Shown one piece after another: positions 1 through 7,843 of a stretch of 42,114 nucleotides of DNA. Both the position numbers and the translations under genes were made by a program. The notes under the pieces are model-generated. The model was not told where the DNA came from. It saw nothing but the letters and a program-made list of their open reading frames with translations, and ran no database searches. Each line of letters starts with the position of its first letter. Within the stretch, counting starts at the first letter, position 1. Source of the stretch: a virus (taxonomy: Duplodnaviria; Caudoviricetes); IMG/VR virus record IMGVR_UViG_3300020045_002395, positions 1 through 42,114 of that record; one strand, given 5' to 3'.

Positions 1-121
1 AAACCGCCGTCCAGTCCCCAGACATGAAGTCAAGTTTTTAATAGACCTTCAGGCGGTCAGTTTATGGTCCCCGAATAAATTGCGACTGGTCTATAAGTGT
101 CTGCCCCTACTCTACAGGGAA
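1..121. repeat. Terminal direct repeat, left copy (circular-assembly overlap)
   Basis: 1-121 is identical to 41994-42114. Confidence 0.97.
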
Positions 122-140
122 AGTTTATATCCAGCCGCTA
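3..140. ncRNA. Candidate structured intergenic RNA
   Basis: Relatively GC-rich non-coding stretch with several complementary segments (19-24/98-103, 41-47/88-94, 58-65/75-82, 3-8/52-57, 11-16/84-89). Confidence 0.4.
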
Positions 141-147
141 AAAAATA

Positions 148-330
148 TCATTGAATTATCCACCTCACTAATTTCTCGAGAAACATAACCGAGCCTATAA
201 AGGCAGCGATAACGATCAGTAACCCGGTGAGAATACAAGCTCCGAAGGTTAGGTAAGTCCACAAGGCGAAGTTGTTTAACCGTCTTTGGCGCTCTACTAG
301 CCTATTGTATAAAATTGATCCCCTATTCAT
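148..330 (-). CDS. Small single-TM membrane protein
   Basis: Long hydrophobic stretch; overlaps upstream gene by 4 nt. Confidence 0.7.
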   Translation of the reverse strand: MNRGSILYNRLVERQRRLNNFALWTYLTFGACILTGLLIVIAAFIGSVMFLEKLVRWIIQ

Positions 331-533
331 ACAAGTGATTTAAAGTAATATTGTTTGTATCGCTTTCCCGGTTTCGTTTCCCTGTCCACAGTGCAATCAT
401 AATCCCTTTGCACGTCTGAGATCCTACTTCTTAAATCCGCAATGTTTAACCATCTCCATGCGTAAACTCGGTCGACCTTTATTCCAAGAAGCAAAGCCGA
501 TAAAAGGTTTCTTACTTGTGATTCTGGTTTCAT
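327..533 (-). CDS. Small winged-HTH DNA-binding protein (HTH_39-like)
   Basis: LNIADLRSRISDV motif followed by a KRYKQYYF wing strand. Confidence 0.6.
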   Translation of the reverse strand: MKPESQVRNLLSALLLGIKVDRVYAWRWLNIADLRSRISDVQRDYDCTVDRETKPGKRYKQYYFKSLV

Positions 534-559
534 CCTTGTGTGTTTTTAGTGAATAAATG

Positions 560-961
560 TTAAACCGTTTCGATTATTTCAAATTCTTTAATTCCATAAA
601 ATCCGATTGGCGAAAATGTTCCGTCTTTCCATTTCCTTAGCCATCCGATCACGGTAATCTCAGTGTCTAAATCACCCCTGAAAGTATGAGTATCGAATAC
701 AATGGTAAATTCAGATCCGTTAGGTTCTTTACATGTGTCTCCTTCGTATGCTTCCTTTCCATTCTTATCAATGAGCCCGGTGAACATTGAAACTGTTTCA
801 GGCTTAACAGCGAAACACCATCCATTAGCACAACCATAGTTAATTGGGTTTTCTATTTGCTGGATTATAGCAACAGGCTTTTCTTTATCTGACACTATAC
901 TACCAAACCGAACATTACCGGAAGTGTCAATAGCTCTAAATTTTATTATCTTATTTTGCAT
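560..961 (-). CDS. YopX family protein
   Basis: IKFRA...PETVSMFTGLIDKNGKEAYEGD signature. Confidence 0.88.
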   Translation of the reverse strand: MQNKIIKFRAIDTSGNVRFGSIVSDKEKPVAIIQQIENPINYGCANGWCFAVKPETVSMFTGLIDKNGKEAYEGDTCKEPNGSEFTIVFDTHTFRGDLDTEITVIGWLRKWKDGTFSPIGFYGIKEFEIIETV

Positions 962-982
962 CTTTCAATTTATTAAGTTTTT

Positions 983-1015
983 AAAAAAGATCGGGCGCTC
1001 TTATGCCACCCGATC
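983..1015 (-). terminator. Intrinsic terminator after the exonuclease gene
   Basis: GATCGGG...CCCGATC stem with an A-run on the left (U-tract on the minus strand). Confidence 0.65.
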
Positions 1016-1032
1016 AGCTCAATCAAACAAGA

Positions 1033-1704
1033 TTACTCCGCCTGAGTAATGTCATAGAGTTTAGTTAAAAACTCCTGTTTCTTAACCGCGCAAATCTTCG
1101 TCTTTCTATAGATTTCGTTTTGCCGTTTAGTATCTGCCTTTACCTCAATGGTGTGGTGTTGTAATTCTGCTGTCTTGAATCTTGGGTCAAAAGAAAAGAA
1201 GTAACACAAAGGGCGCTCGCAAAGCATCATTTCCGTTTGGATCTGATCGTAATACTTTGGCAGTTCTTCCGCGAAGTTTTCTGAATTAACAAATAGTTTG
1301 TATCTCAAATGGGTGTCGCTGTTCGGGCATTTAACCTGGCAAATAGCATTAGGTAAAATCAAATCAGGGGTAGCGCCTAAAATATCATCAGCCACAAAGA
1401 AAACCGTACCTCCTAATGAAGTGTAGATTACATCATCGGCGTTCAAATCGAATCCTTTGAGCTTGCAGAAATACGCTATAGCTTCCGGTTCGGTATTGGT
1501 TCCCCATTCCATTTCGTGAGAGTAATAATCTACCTTTGGCTGGGCTTCAACATTCTGAATCAGATTCAAAATGTACGTGATTGCTCCCGCTCCGACTTTA
1601 TCACCACCGGCCATGATTTCACTTATCCGTGAACCGGTGAATAGTCCTTTACGGGCTTCTTTCCAATCTTCTTTATTCTCGAAAATGTAGCGCTTAATTT
1701 CCAT
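1033..1704 (-). CDS. YqaJ/lambda-exonuclease family recombination nuclease
   Basis: WKEARKGLFTGS, MEWGTNTEPEA, GATPD, QVKCP, YYDQIQTEM motifs. Confidence 0.9.
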   Translation of the reverse strand: MEIKRYIFENKEDWKEARKGLFTGSRISEIMAGGDKVGAGAITYILNLIQNVEAQPKVDYYSHEMEWGTNTEPEAIAYFCKLKGFDLNADDVIYTSLGGTVFFVADDILGATPDLILPNAICQVKCPNSDTHLRYKLFVNSENFAEELPKYYDQIQTEMMLCERPLCYFFSFDPRFKTAELQHHTIEVKADTKRQNEIYRKTKICAVKKQEFLTKLYDITQAE

Positions 1705-2287
1705 TTAGCTTTTGTTTATTTGTTTTTAGGATAGTCATATCAGGTTGAAAAACCGCTACGTCCTTACGGTTTAAATTACCACCGAATACAGTTCCAATCA
1801 ACTCGCAAGCGTCCTTTATAGCCAATGATTTCGCAATAGGCAAAGCCATTGTAACAGCGCCACGGTTGACGTTTGACATATCCATTTTAAGCGCTCCGGT
1901 GTCTTTCTTTGTTTGAAGTTCTTGAGCACCTACACCGTCTTGATATTCCATTTGGTTAGACGCTGGGCTAAGATAATGAACCCGTACAGTAACCTCCACA
2001 GCATTCATAAGCATTCCCGTTTTCAAAACCTCAACGTGCCACTTCTTAAATAGAACCCTCATCATGTGTTCAACCTTGTCGATCGGGATATATTTCCAAC
2101 CCGGAACATTTGGGTGCTCTTTAATCCATTCCTTTTTAGGCGCTCCGTTCAATAGGTAATTCAATCCCTCCTGCCTGCCAATCGCAACCGCATTCTCCTG
2201 GAATAGTTCTTGAATAGTCGGCAACTCAACTTTATTACTATCGACCGTCTTTTGTAAATCTTTTATACTAGGTGTTTTTTGTTCCAT
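1694..2287 (-). CDS. ssDNA annealing protein (Rad52/Sak-like)
   Basis: KYIPIDKV...VEVTVRV...DGVGA...AKSLAIKDACELIG pattern; adjacent to the exonuclease. Confidence 0.72.
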   Translation of the reverse strand: MEQKTPSIKDLQKTVDSNKVELPTIQELFQENAVAIGRQEGLNYLLNGAPKKEWIKEHPNVPGWKYIPIDKVEHMMRVLFKKWHVEVLKTGMLMNAVEVTVRVHYLSPASNQMEYQDGVGAQELQTKKDTGALKMDMSNVNRGAVTMALPIAKSLAIKDACELIGTVFGGNLNRKDVAVFQPDMTILKTNKQKLNGN

Positions 2288-2300
2288 GTTCTATAGTTCG

Positions 2301-2489
2301 TTAATCAACTTCTTGATAAATTTTGTAGTCGAAATACCAAGGGCTTGGACTGTCTTCGTTTTCGTTCTTTAAAGTTTCTTCAGCGTGTTCGCGGGCCGAT
2401 TCTTCATCCGAAAATGATTCAATAAAATCATGTGAATCCATCCCAACGTGCGGGTCTCTGTGGCTGTTTCTCCAAATGATAATGTACAT
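2301..2489 (-). CDS. Hypothetical acidic protein
   Basis: ORF packed in the leftward operon. Confidence 0.7.
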   Translation of the reverse strand: MYIIIWRNSHRDPHVGMDSHDFIESFSDEESAREHAEETLKNENEDSPSPWYFDYKIYQEVD

Positions 2490-2495
2490 ATTGAG

Positions 2496-2741
2496 CTAGT
2501 TTGAAAGTGTCGTTTGTCTATCCTTAACAATCTGTAAAGCGGTTAGCGCTCTCACGTTTAGTTCTCTGAGCCTTGCAATAGACCTGCTTTTCTTCTTGTT
2601 TATTTCTTCTGAAAGTTTAGCAAGGTCTTCCCCATAAGAATTGCTAATATCGATTAACGATTGCTTCTCTTTAATCAGGGACTCAAAGGCTTCTGACATA
2701 TCGCGTAATTCTTCTTCTGAATGATCGGTGTAGTTATACAT
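2496..2741 (-). CDS. Hypothetical coiled-coil protein (start revised to MYNYTDH)
   Basis: ATG lies 1 nt after the stop of the upstream 39-aa ORF. Confidence 0.65.
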   Translation of the reverse strand: MYNYTDHSEEELRDMSEAFESLIKEKQSLIDISNSYGEDLAKLSEEINKKKSRSIARLRELNVRALTALQIVKDRQTTLSN

Positions 2742-2742
2742 A

Positions 2743-2862
2743 TTAGTCTTCGTTAATTGTTTCGTCTTCGTCTCTTTCAGTGTCGTCATCTTCTAGCATT
2801 GTATCAGGGATCAACTCATCTTCTCCGAGATCATTGTTCCAAGTTTCTGTCGTGTTTACCAT
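2743..2862 (-). CDS. Very acidic 39-aa protein, first gene of the leftward operon (not in ORF track)
   Basis: MVNTTETWNNDLGEDELIPDTMLEDDDTERDEDETINED, translated by hand; downstream of a -7 box. Confidence 0.6.
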   Translation of the reverse strand: MVNTTETWNNDLGEDELIPDTMLEDDDTERDEDETINED

Positions 2863-2884
2863 AGTGTTTCTCTGTTTGATGTCT

Positions 2885-2892
2885 CAAAGATA
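2885..2892 (-). promoter_or_regulatory. Bacteroidota -7 promoter box (TATCTTTG), leftward
   Basis: Matches TAnnTTTG on the minus strand ahead of the leftward operon. Confidence 0.7.
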
Positions 2893-2981
2893 AAGGAATC
2901 AATTCCTATTTTCCTAATCTTGATTAAAAATATTTAGGATTTATTTCTTAAGACCGCTAGGATTGTATTCTTATTGTTTTA

Positions 2982-2989
2982 TATATTTG
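2982..2989 (+). promoter_or_regulatory. Bacteroidota -7 promoter box (TATATTTG), rightward
   Basis: TAnnTTTG 4 nt before ATG 2994. Confidence 0.72.
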
Positions 2990-2993
2990 CATC

Positions 2994-3326
2994 ATGGCAC
3001 GCAGGACTAAGGAACAATTAAGGATTGACAGAAATAAAGAGCGAATTGACAAATTAGTCAGTACGTTGAAGTTTTTGGCCAATCCTAAGTACTACAAAAA
3101 TAACTTTTGGTCAATGGCCGCTTACGATAGTTGGGCTAATCAAGGCAAGGCAGGAAGTTGCGGTTGTGGCTGCGGTAATTATCAGGCAAGTTTGAACAAC
3201 ACGCGGAGAAGTACCCGTAAGGGAGGCCGCAAAGAACACTGTAAATATGTGATTGAAAAAATTTGTTCCGATTGTATGCAGCAGATCGAATCAAAAATTG
3301 GAGTTAAATTTAGAAACAGATATTAA
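2994..3326 (+). CDS. Basic Cys-rich (probable Zn-binding) early protein
   Basis: CGCGCG and CSDC motifs; first gene after the promoter. Confidence 0.7.
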   Translation: MARRTKEQLRIDRNKERIDKLVSTLKFLANPKYYKNNFWSMAAYDSWANQGKAGSCGCGCGNYQASLNNTRRSTRKGGRKEHCKYVIEKICSDCMQQIESKIGVKFRNRY

Positions 3327-3429
3327 AAGTTATAACCACCGGAGGCAGCAAACCAATGGAGAATGCGCAAGCGATAAAAAGCCAATTGATCAGGGTGTTG
3401 AATAGACTCGCGAGGTAAAACAACATTCT

Positions 3430-3458
3430 GGGGGAGGTAGGCGCTATCCCCACTTTTT
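3430..3458 (+). terminator. Intrinsic terminator or attenuator
   Basis: GGGGAGGTAG-GCG-CTATCCCC followed by ACTTTTT. Confidence 0.55.
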
Positions 3459-3476
3459 AAAATTTAAAATAAAACT

Positions 3477-3620
3477 ATGGCAACGAAATTAATTACGATC
3501 AAAGAGTACGTTAAAGACTATTCAGATAAGAGTAAATCGCAAACGTATCTGCTTATTAAGCAAGGCAAAATAAAGACTACCGAAAAATACGGTAAGAAAT
3601 TAATAAGGGTTGAAGTTTGA
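3477..3620 (+). CDS. 47-aa excisionase/HTH_17-like DNA-binding protein (not in ORF track)
   Basis: MATKLITIKEYVKDYSDKSKSQTYLLIKQGKIKTTEKYGKKLIRVEV; A-rich start region. Confidence 0.65.
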   Translation: MATKLITIKEYVKDYSDKSKSQTYLLIKQGKIKTTEKYGKKLIRVEV

Positions 3621-3767
3621 ACAAGTTAAACCAGTATTAAAGATGCGTATGGTGGAGAGGCTCTAAAGGCGCCATATCAAGGTAAAAAAATGCACAGCCT
3701 GACAAGCGGGGAGAGACCCGCACATTTTTCAACAGTAAACAGAGAAACAACTAAACTCAAAATAATT

Positions 3768-4043
3768 ATGATGACCATACAGAGGCAAAATCTTTTGCTC
3801 GAAGAGATTAAATCAATGTCAGAATTAGAGCTACAATCTTTTTTTGAAGAGCTGTCGGAATACATCAAGAAAAACAATCTGGTTACGGTGGTGCAAAACT
3901 CATTTGATCTTGAGGACTTGAGCGACCGGGTAGATGAACTTCAGGAAGAACTTGATGATATGGAGAAGGAGCGAGATAATGCCCTTAGTGATTTGGATGA
4001 CCTGAAGCACAATGTAAAAGAGGCGCTGGCCTTACTCCAATGA
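3768..4043 (+). CDS. Acidic coiled-coil protein (start revised to MMTIQ)
   Basis: A-rich region before ATG 3768; heptad pattern. Confidence 0.7.
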   Translation: MMTIQRQNLLLEEIKSMSELELQSFFEELSEYIKKNNLVTVVQNSFDLEDLSDRVDELQEELDDMEKERDNALSDLDDLKHNVKEALALLQ

Positions 4044-4468
4044 CCGAATTAAATTCCCAGCAGTTAGCCTTCCTTCTCGATATCAAAAAGGAAGATGCTC
4101 GCGCTCGAATGTGCAACGCTTATTCAAAAGCGCATGACGTTCTAAATACAGCCGAACGAGTTAAAAACAAAATTGTTGATTCATTTCCTAAAACAATGCC
4201 TATCGATATGCCGGCCAAGGGATTGAATTTGCCGACACTTCAGAAAATGGTGGACGACATTCGAGAAAACTATTTAAAGCGTCAGGCGACAAAGAAATAT
4301 ATTCTCTACGATTACCCTGAGGCTATGATTAAAAAGGCCGAGAGTGGAGATAAACCGCCGCCATACAAAGTTTCAATACCTCCCGCTCTTGCGTCCCTTC
4401 TGACGGACGAAGATAACAACACGATTTTGAACGCGTGGGAATCAAAGTATAAAAATATTCGCGTTTAA
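4040..4468 (+). CDS. Hypothetical protein
   Basis: ATGA overlap with the previous gene. Confidence 0.75.
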   Translation: MTELNSQQLAFLLDIKKEDARARMCNAYSKAHDVLNTAERVKNKIVDSFPKTMPIDMPAKGLNLPTLQKMVDDIRENYLKRQATKKYILYDYPEAMIKKAESGDKPPPYKVSIPPALASLLTDEDNNTILNAWESKYKNIRV

Positions 4469-4491
4469 CCATCTCCCTAAAGATTAGCAAG

Positions 4492-4653
4492 ATGTACCAC
4501 AAGAAGCATTTCAATTACCAGTTCTCCGCTCCTTACTACCACACCCTTCACGAGATAGCCCAGAAGCTAGGAGTAAGTATAAAGGAGGTTAGAAAGGTTG
4601 ATATGAGGAAAGAGATTATCGAAATTAACACTGGATTAAAGATAAAAAAATGA
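4492..4653 (+). CDS. 53-aa sigma-region-4-like HTH protein (not in ORF track)
   Basis: HTLHEIAQKLGVSIKEVR helix-turn-helix. Confidence 0.6.
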   Translation: MYHKKHFNYQFSAPYYHTLHEIAQKLGVSIKEVRKVDMRKEIIEINTGLKIKK

Positions 4654-4742
4654 TAAACTTTATATTAGGATTCATCGCATGCCTTGTGGTAATTATTTTC
4701 ATAGTATTAATGTACTTTAAAAATGGAGGGTATAACAAATGA
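4650..4742 (+). CDS. 30-aa single-TM peptide (not in ORF track)
   Basis: MINFILGFIACLVVIIFIVLMYFKNGGYNK; ATGA overlaps at both ends. Confidence 0.6.
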   Translation: MINFILGFIACLVVIIFIVLMYFKNGGYNK

Positions 4743-4972
4743 GCGAATTCATACAACCACTCGGTCAGGCTTCTGTTAGCAAACCGAAAGGCAAGATTAA
4801 AAATGTAGTTCTCGACCTTGAAAGAGGAGATATAATGCATGTTACTTTTAAGATTGGAAATAAAACCATTCTTCATATTGAGGCCGCCCCTGGAAACATG
4901 TTAATTGACCGGGACATTGACGGATCATTAAAGCGTGAAATTAATTTTTATACACGAACTATACAGCCATGA
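4739..4972 (+). CDS. Hypothetical protein
   Basis: Translationally coupled ORF. Confidence 0.7.
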   Translation: MSEFIQPLGQASVSKPKGKIKNVVLDLERGDIMHVTFKIGNKTILHIEAAPGNMLIDRDIDGSLKREINFYTRTIQP

Positions 4973-5190
4973 AAAGATCCTATGAAACCTGTGATTTAAT
5001 GCACGGTAATATATGCGTATCTGAACCATGTATTTGTAAGGGGATGGCCATGATTGAAAAGAGGGCTAAGAATAAGCAACAAAAAGGCGACATCAAAGTT
5101 TGCATGACATGCGGATCAACAAATGATCTGATAAAATGTAATTCAGCTAACTTAATCCGTTATGAATGCATAAAGTGTCGCGGTCTATGA
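4969..5190 (+). CDS. Cys-rich Zn-ribbon protein
   Basis: CMTC and CIKC pairs. Confidence 0.65.
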   Translation: MKRSYETCDLMHGNICVSEPCICKGMAMIEKRAKNKQQKGDIKVCMTCGSTNDLIKCNSANLIRYECIKCRGL

Positions 5191-5369
5191 AATGCCACTA
5201 CTCCAAATGCAATAAACCTTTCGAGCCTTTCCGGTCTAACCATCGTTACTGCTCTGTTTTATGCGGTCAAAGGGATAGAGAGTTTAAAAACGTAGAACGC
5301 CAAAGGGAAAAAAGAAGGGTGTACTGGTTAAATAAAAAACTTAATCAGGCTTTGGTTTTTAAAGATTAG
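5187..5369 (+). CDS. Small Zn-finger protein
   Basis: CHYSKC...F...YCSVLC; ATGA overlap at 5187. Confidence 0.7.
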   Translation: MKCHYSKCNKPFEPFRSNHRYCSVLCGQRDREFKNVERQREKRRVYWLNKKLNQALVFKD

Positions 5370-5380
5370 AAGTATATTTG
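5351..5380 (+). promoter_or_regulatory. Promoter for replication genes (TTTG-N18-TATATTTG)
   Basis: Bacteroidota -33/-7 arrangement. Confidence 0.65.
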
Positions 5381-5410
5381 AATACGCTTTGAAAGGATCA
5401 AGGCGCAACG

Positions 5411-5491
5411 CTGCCGACACAGCCGGAAAGAAATTAAAAGAACCTTAGGGTGGGAGTAGCTGTCGGGCGAAACCAACCTCAGGTTTTTTTT
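5411..5491 (+). promoter_or_regulatory. Structured leader / attenuator upstream of the replication initiator
   Basis: Long hairpin 5436-5490 ending in a U-tract abutting the ATG; loop GCTGTCGG is complementary to upstream CCGAC(AC)AGC. Confidence 0.55.
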
Positions 5492-6496
5492 ATGGCCAAA
5501 GAGCTACCGTACTTTAAATTTGAGCCCGGACAATGGGACACTGGTAATATACAGCTTTGTTCATTTGAAGCTCAGGGCGCATTCATATCTATTTGTTCAA
5601 TATACTGGCAGAGACTTGGTGACCTTAAACACAAGTTCGCTTTAATGAAAGTGTGCAAGGGGAATGATGCCTTACTTAAGGAATTGATTGATGCGAATGT
5701 AATTAAGCAGGACGGTGATGATTTAACAATATTTTTTTTAGATCAACAGTTAGAAGAGTTCCAGATAATTTCAAATAAGCGTTCCGAGGCTGGTAAAAAA
5801 GGAGGCGAAAACAGATTTTTAAGCCCTGAAATAGCCAGAGTGAAAGGCAATCAGATTTATGTTATTCATTGCTTTGATGAGAGTGAGGAGTTTATAAAGG
5901 TAGGGATTACCTCGGACAGTATATCCAGAAGATTCAGCGGTAAAATACCCTACAATTACACGATACTTTTCCAATTCTCAACCGATGAATACCTCGATTT
6001 AGAGTCACTTTGCAATGATGCTTTTTACCCAAAGTATGGATATAAGCCAGAAAAAGAATTCATTGGGTATCTAGAGTGTTTTAATATGTCTGTTTTTAAC
6101 GAATTAAACGGGTTTATTAAGCATCGCACAGGAAATGCAATTGCGATGCCTAAGCAACGCAATGCTAGAAGAGAAGAAGAGAAGAGAGTAGAAAAGAAAA
6201 AAGGAGAAGATAGTACCGTTGAGGTTTTGCCTTTTGAAAGTGACCAATTTGCTTTTGCTTGGAATGAATGGGTAGAGTATCGAAAAGAAAAAAAACAAAA
6301 GCTTACCCAAAAAACAAAAGAAATGCAGCTTCGCACACTGGGGGCGCGGCCAGAATCGGAGGCTATCGGAATGATCGGCCAAAGCATTCAAAACGGATGG
6401 ACAGGATTATTTGAATTTAAAAATAAACAGAATGGAAAATCAATTACTGCCGAAGGTACGCGCGACAGACTTAATAGCTACCGTACAGAGTCCTGA
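5492..6496 (+). CDS. Replication initiator (lambda O/YdaU-like N-terminus) with internal GIY-YIG/T5orf172-like domain
   Basis: MAKELPYFKF...QGAFISICSIYW N-terminus; IYVI...FIKVGIT...RRF...E...GYLECF middle; WNEWVEYRKE...SIQNGWTGLF C-terminus. Confidence 0.75.
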   Translation: MAKELPYFKFEPGQWDTGNIQLCSFEAQGAFISICSIYWQRLGDLKHKFALMKVCKGNDALLKELIDANVIKQDGDDLTIFFLDQQLEEFQIISNKRSEAGKKGGENRFLSPEIARVKGNQIYVIHCFDESEEFIKVGITSDSISRRFSGKIPYNYTILFQFSTDEYLDLESLCNDAFYPKYGYKPEKEFIGYLECFNMSVFNELNGFIKHRTGNAIAMPKQRNARREEEKRVEKKKGEDSTVEVLPFESDQFAFAWNEWVEYRKEKKQKLTQKTKEMQLRTLGARPESEAIGMIGQSIQNGWTGLFEFKNKQNGKSITAEGTRDRLNSYRTES

Positions 6497-7166
6497 AAAG
6501 TATAAGAAGTTCGAACAATGGTTAAACGTTCGCGCGATCATTGAAACGGCTTTGCCTATTGTGGAGCTTAAAAGAAACCTGCCACAAGGTGAAGTCGAGA
6601 TAGCGATTGATACCGCCTTGACAAAGTTGGTAGGTAGCCTTAACTTGAAATGGAATTTAAACGAGAATCAGATCAAGCAAATTGTGGAAGACTTGGTTTT
6701 TAAATACCCAAATGAAACGGTTGAGGACTTTATCCTGGTATTCAGACGCGCCCGCCAAAACGAGTTTGGAGAGATATACCGGCTCGACAGTGCGGTTATC
6801 TTTGGATGGATGGAGTATTACCTAGAAGAAAAGTACACCGTTGTAGAGCAGCAATTAAAAGCGGAAAAGGAGGAGTATTATAAGCCACCGGAAAAGGTTG
6901 AAGATGTTGACCGATTAAAGCAATGGAAGGCCAGCATTGACGCAATAACGATCGGTAAAACGATCCTACCAATGACAGAACAGGAAGCAAAAGAAGAGGG
7001 ACAGGTAAGACCACCAAAGAAAGCCTACACGCCTCCACCGTTAAGTTATGTTGAGCAACACGAAAAGCACATGCGTTATCTAAAGGCCAACTACGACACC
7101 TATACCGGAAAGCCTTTAAAAGACATTTGGGTAAAAGAAGAAACTTGGAACGCTTTGAACGATTAA
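6432..7166 (+). CDS. Replication-associated protein (possible helicase loader)
   Basis: Overlaps the initiator 3' end in the lambda-P position; FGEIYRLDSAVIFGW motif; function is inferred. Confidence 0.55.
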   Translation: MENQLLPKVRATDLIATVQSPEKYKKFEQWLNVRAIIETALPIVELKRNLPQGEVEIAIDTALTKLVGSLNLKWNLNENQIKQIVEDLVFKYPNETVEDFILVFRRARQNEFGEIYRLDSAVIFGWMEYYLEEKYTVVEQQLKAEKEEYYKPPEKVEDVDRLKQWKASIDAITIGKTILPMTEQEAKEEGQVRPPKKAYTPPPLSYVEQHEKHMRYLKANYDTYTGKPLKDIWVKEETWNALND

Positions 7167-7186
7167 CCTTTTAAACTACTGATAAG

Positions 7187-7438
7187 ATGAAAATGTACAA
7201 AACAAGAAGTTGGGGACATGAAATTGAAGAGGTTGAAATAGTAAGGAAAACAAGCCAAAGCGTTTACTACATTCAGAACGGGAAAGAACAAAGGGAGCTT
7301 GACACTTATTATTTTGATTCCAAAGAAGATGCTCAAAAGTCCATAATAGAACGTGAATCAGATAAGGTTGCTAAGGCGAGAAGGCAACTTGAATATGCTG
7401 AAAAGGAATTACTTGAGATAACTAGGAAATTGTTTTAG
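7187..7438 (+). CDS. Hypothetical protein
   Basis: Beta-rich N-terminus plus coiled coil. Confidence 0.75.
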   Translation: MKMYKTRSWGHEIEEVEIVRKTSQSVYYIQNGKEQRELDTYYFDSKEDAQKSIIERESDKVAKARRQLEYAEKELLEITRKLF

Positions 7439-7466
7439 TCCCTGTCTATAAGCTAATTATAAAAGT

Positions 7467-7619
7467 ATGACCGAAAGAGAAGAAGTTTTACAAGAGCTGA
7501 TTGACCACTTCAAAGAGGAATCGGTGGATGAGTACGATCGTGAGGTAAGAGAGATTGAATACAACCCACATAAACTGTACTCAGTCGAGGAAATAATTCA
7601 GATAATTAAAGATTTTTAG
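7467..7619 (+). CDS. 50-aa acidic hypothetical protein (not in ORF track)
   Basis: MTEREEVLQELIDHFKEE...; fills the gap, A-rich start region. Confidence 0.6.
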   Translation: MTEREEVLQELIDHFKEESVDEYDREVREIEYNPHKLYSVEEIIQIIKDF

Positions 7620-7642
7620 TCGCTAATTTAAAAACACACAAG

Positions 7643-7825
7643 ATGCGAAGAACAAAAGAAGATTTCCAGAAATACACAATTCAAGAGCTTTTCAATGAGA
7701 TCATTAGCCTTGAAGGTGGCGACATGTGGGACGGAATGAGCAGCGCCGGACAAAAGAAAGAAACCAAAATAGCGCACGAAGTCTTTGCAGAAAAGATGCG
7801 CGAAAAAGGTATTGATTGGGACTAA
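7643..7825 (+). CDS. Hypothetical protein
   Basis: ORF with A-rich leader. Confidence 0.7.
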   Translation: MRRTKEDFQKYTIQELFNEIISLEGGDMWDGMSSAGQKKETKIAHEVFAEKMREKGIDWD

Positions 7826-7843
7826 ACAGTAAACAACAACAAG

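Noticed and set aside
3477-3620. Excisionase implying lysogeny
   Set aside because: The fold is also common in plain regulators, and no integrase or att site was recognised.
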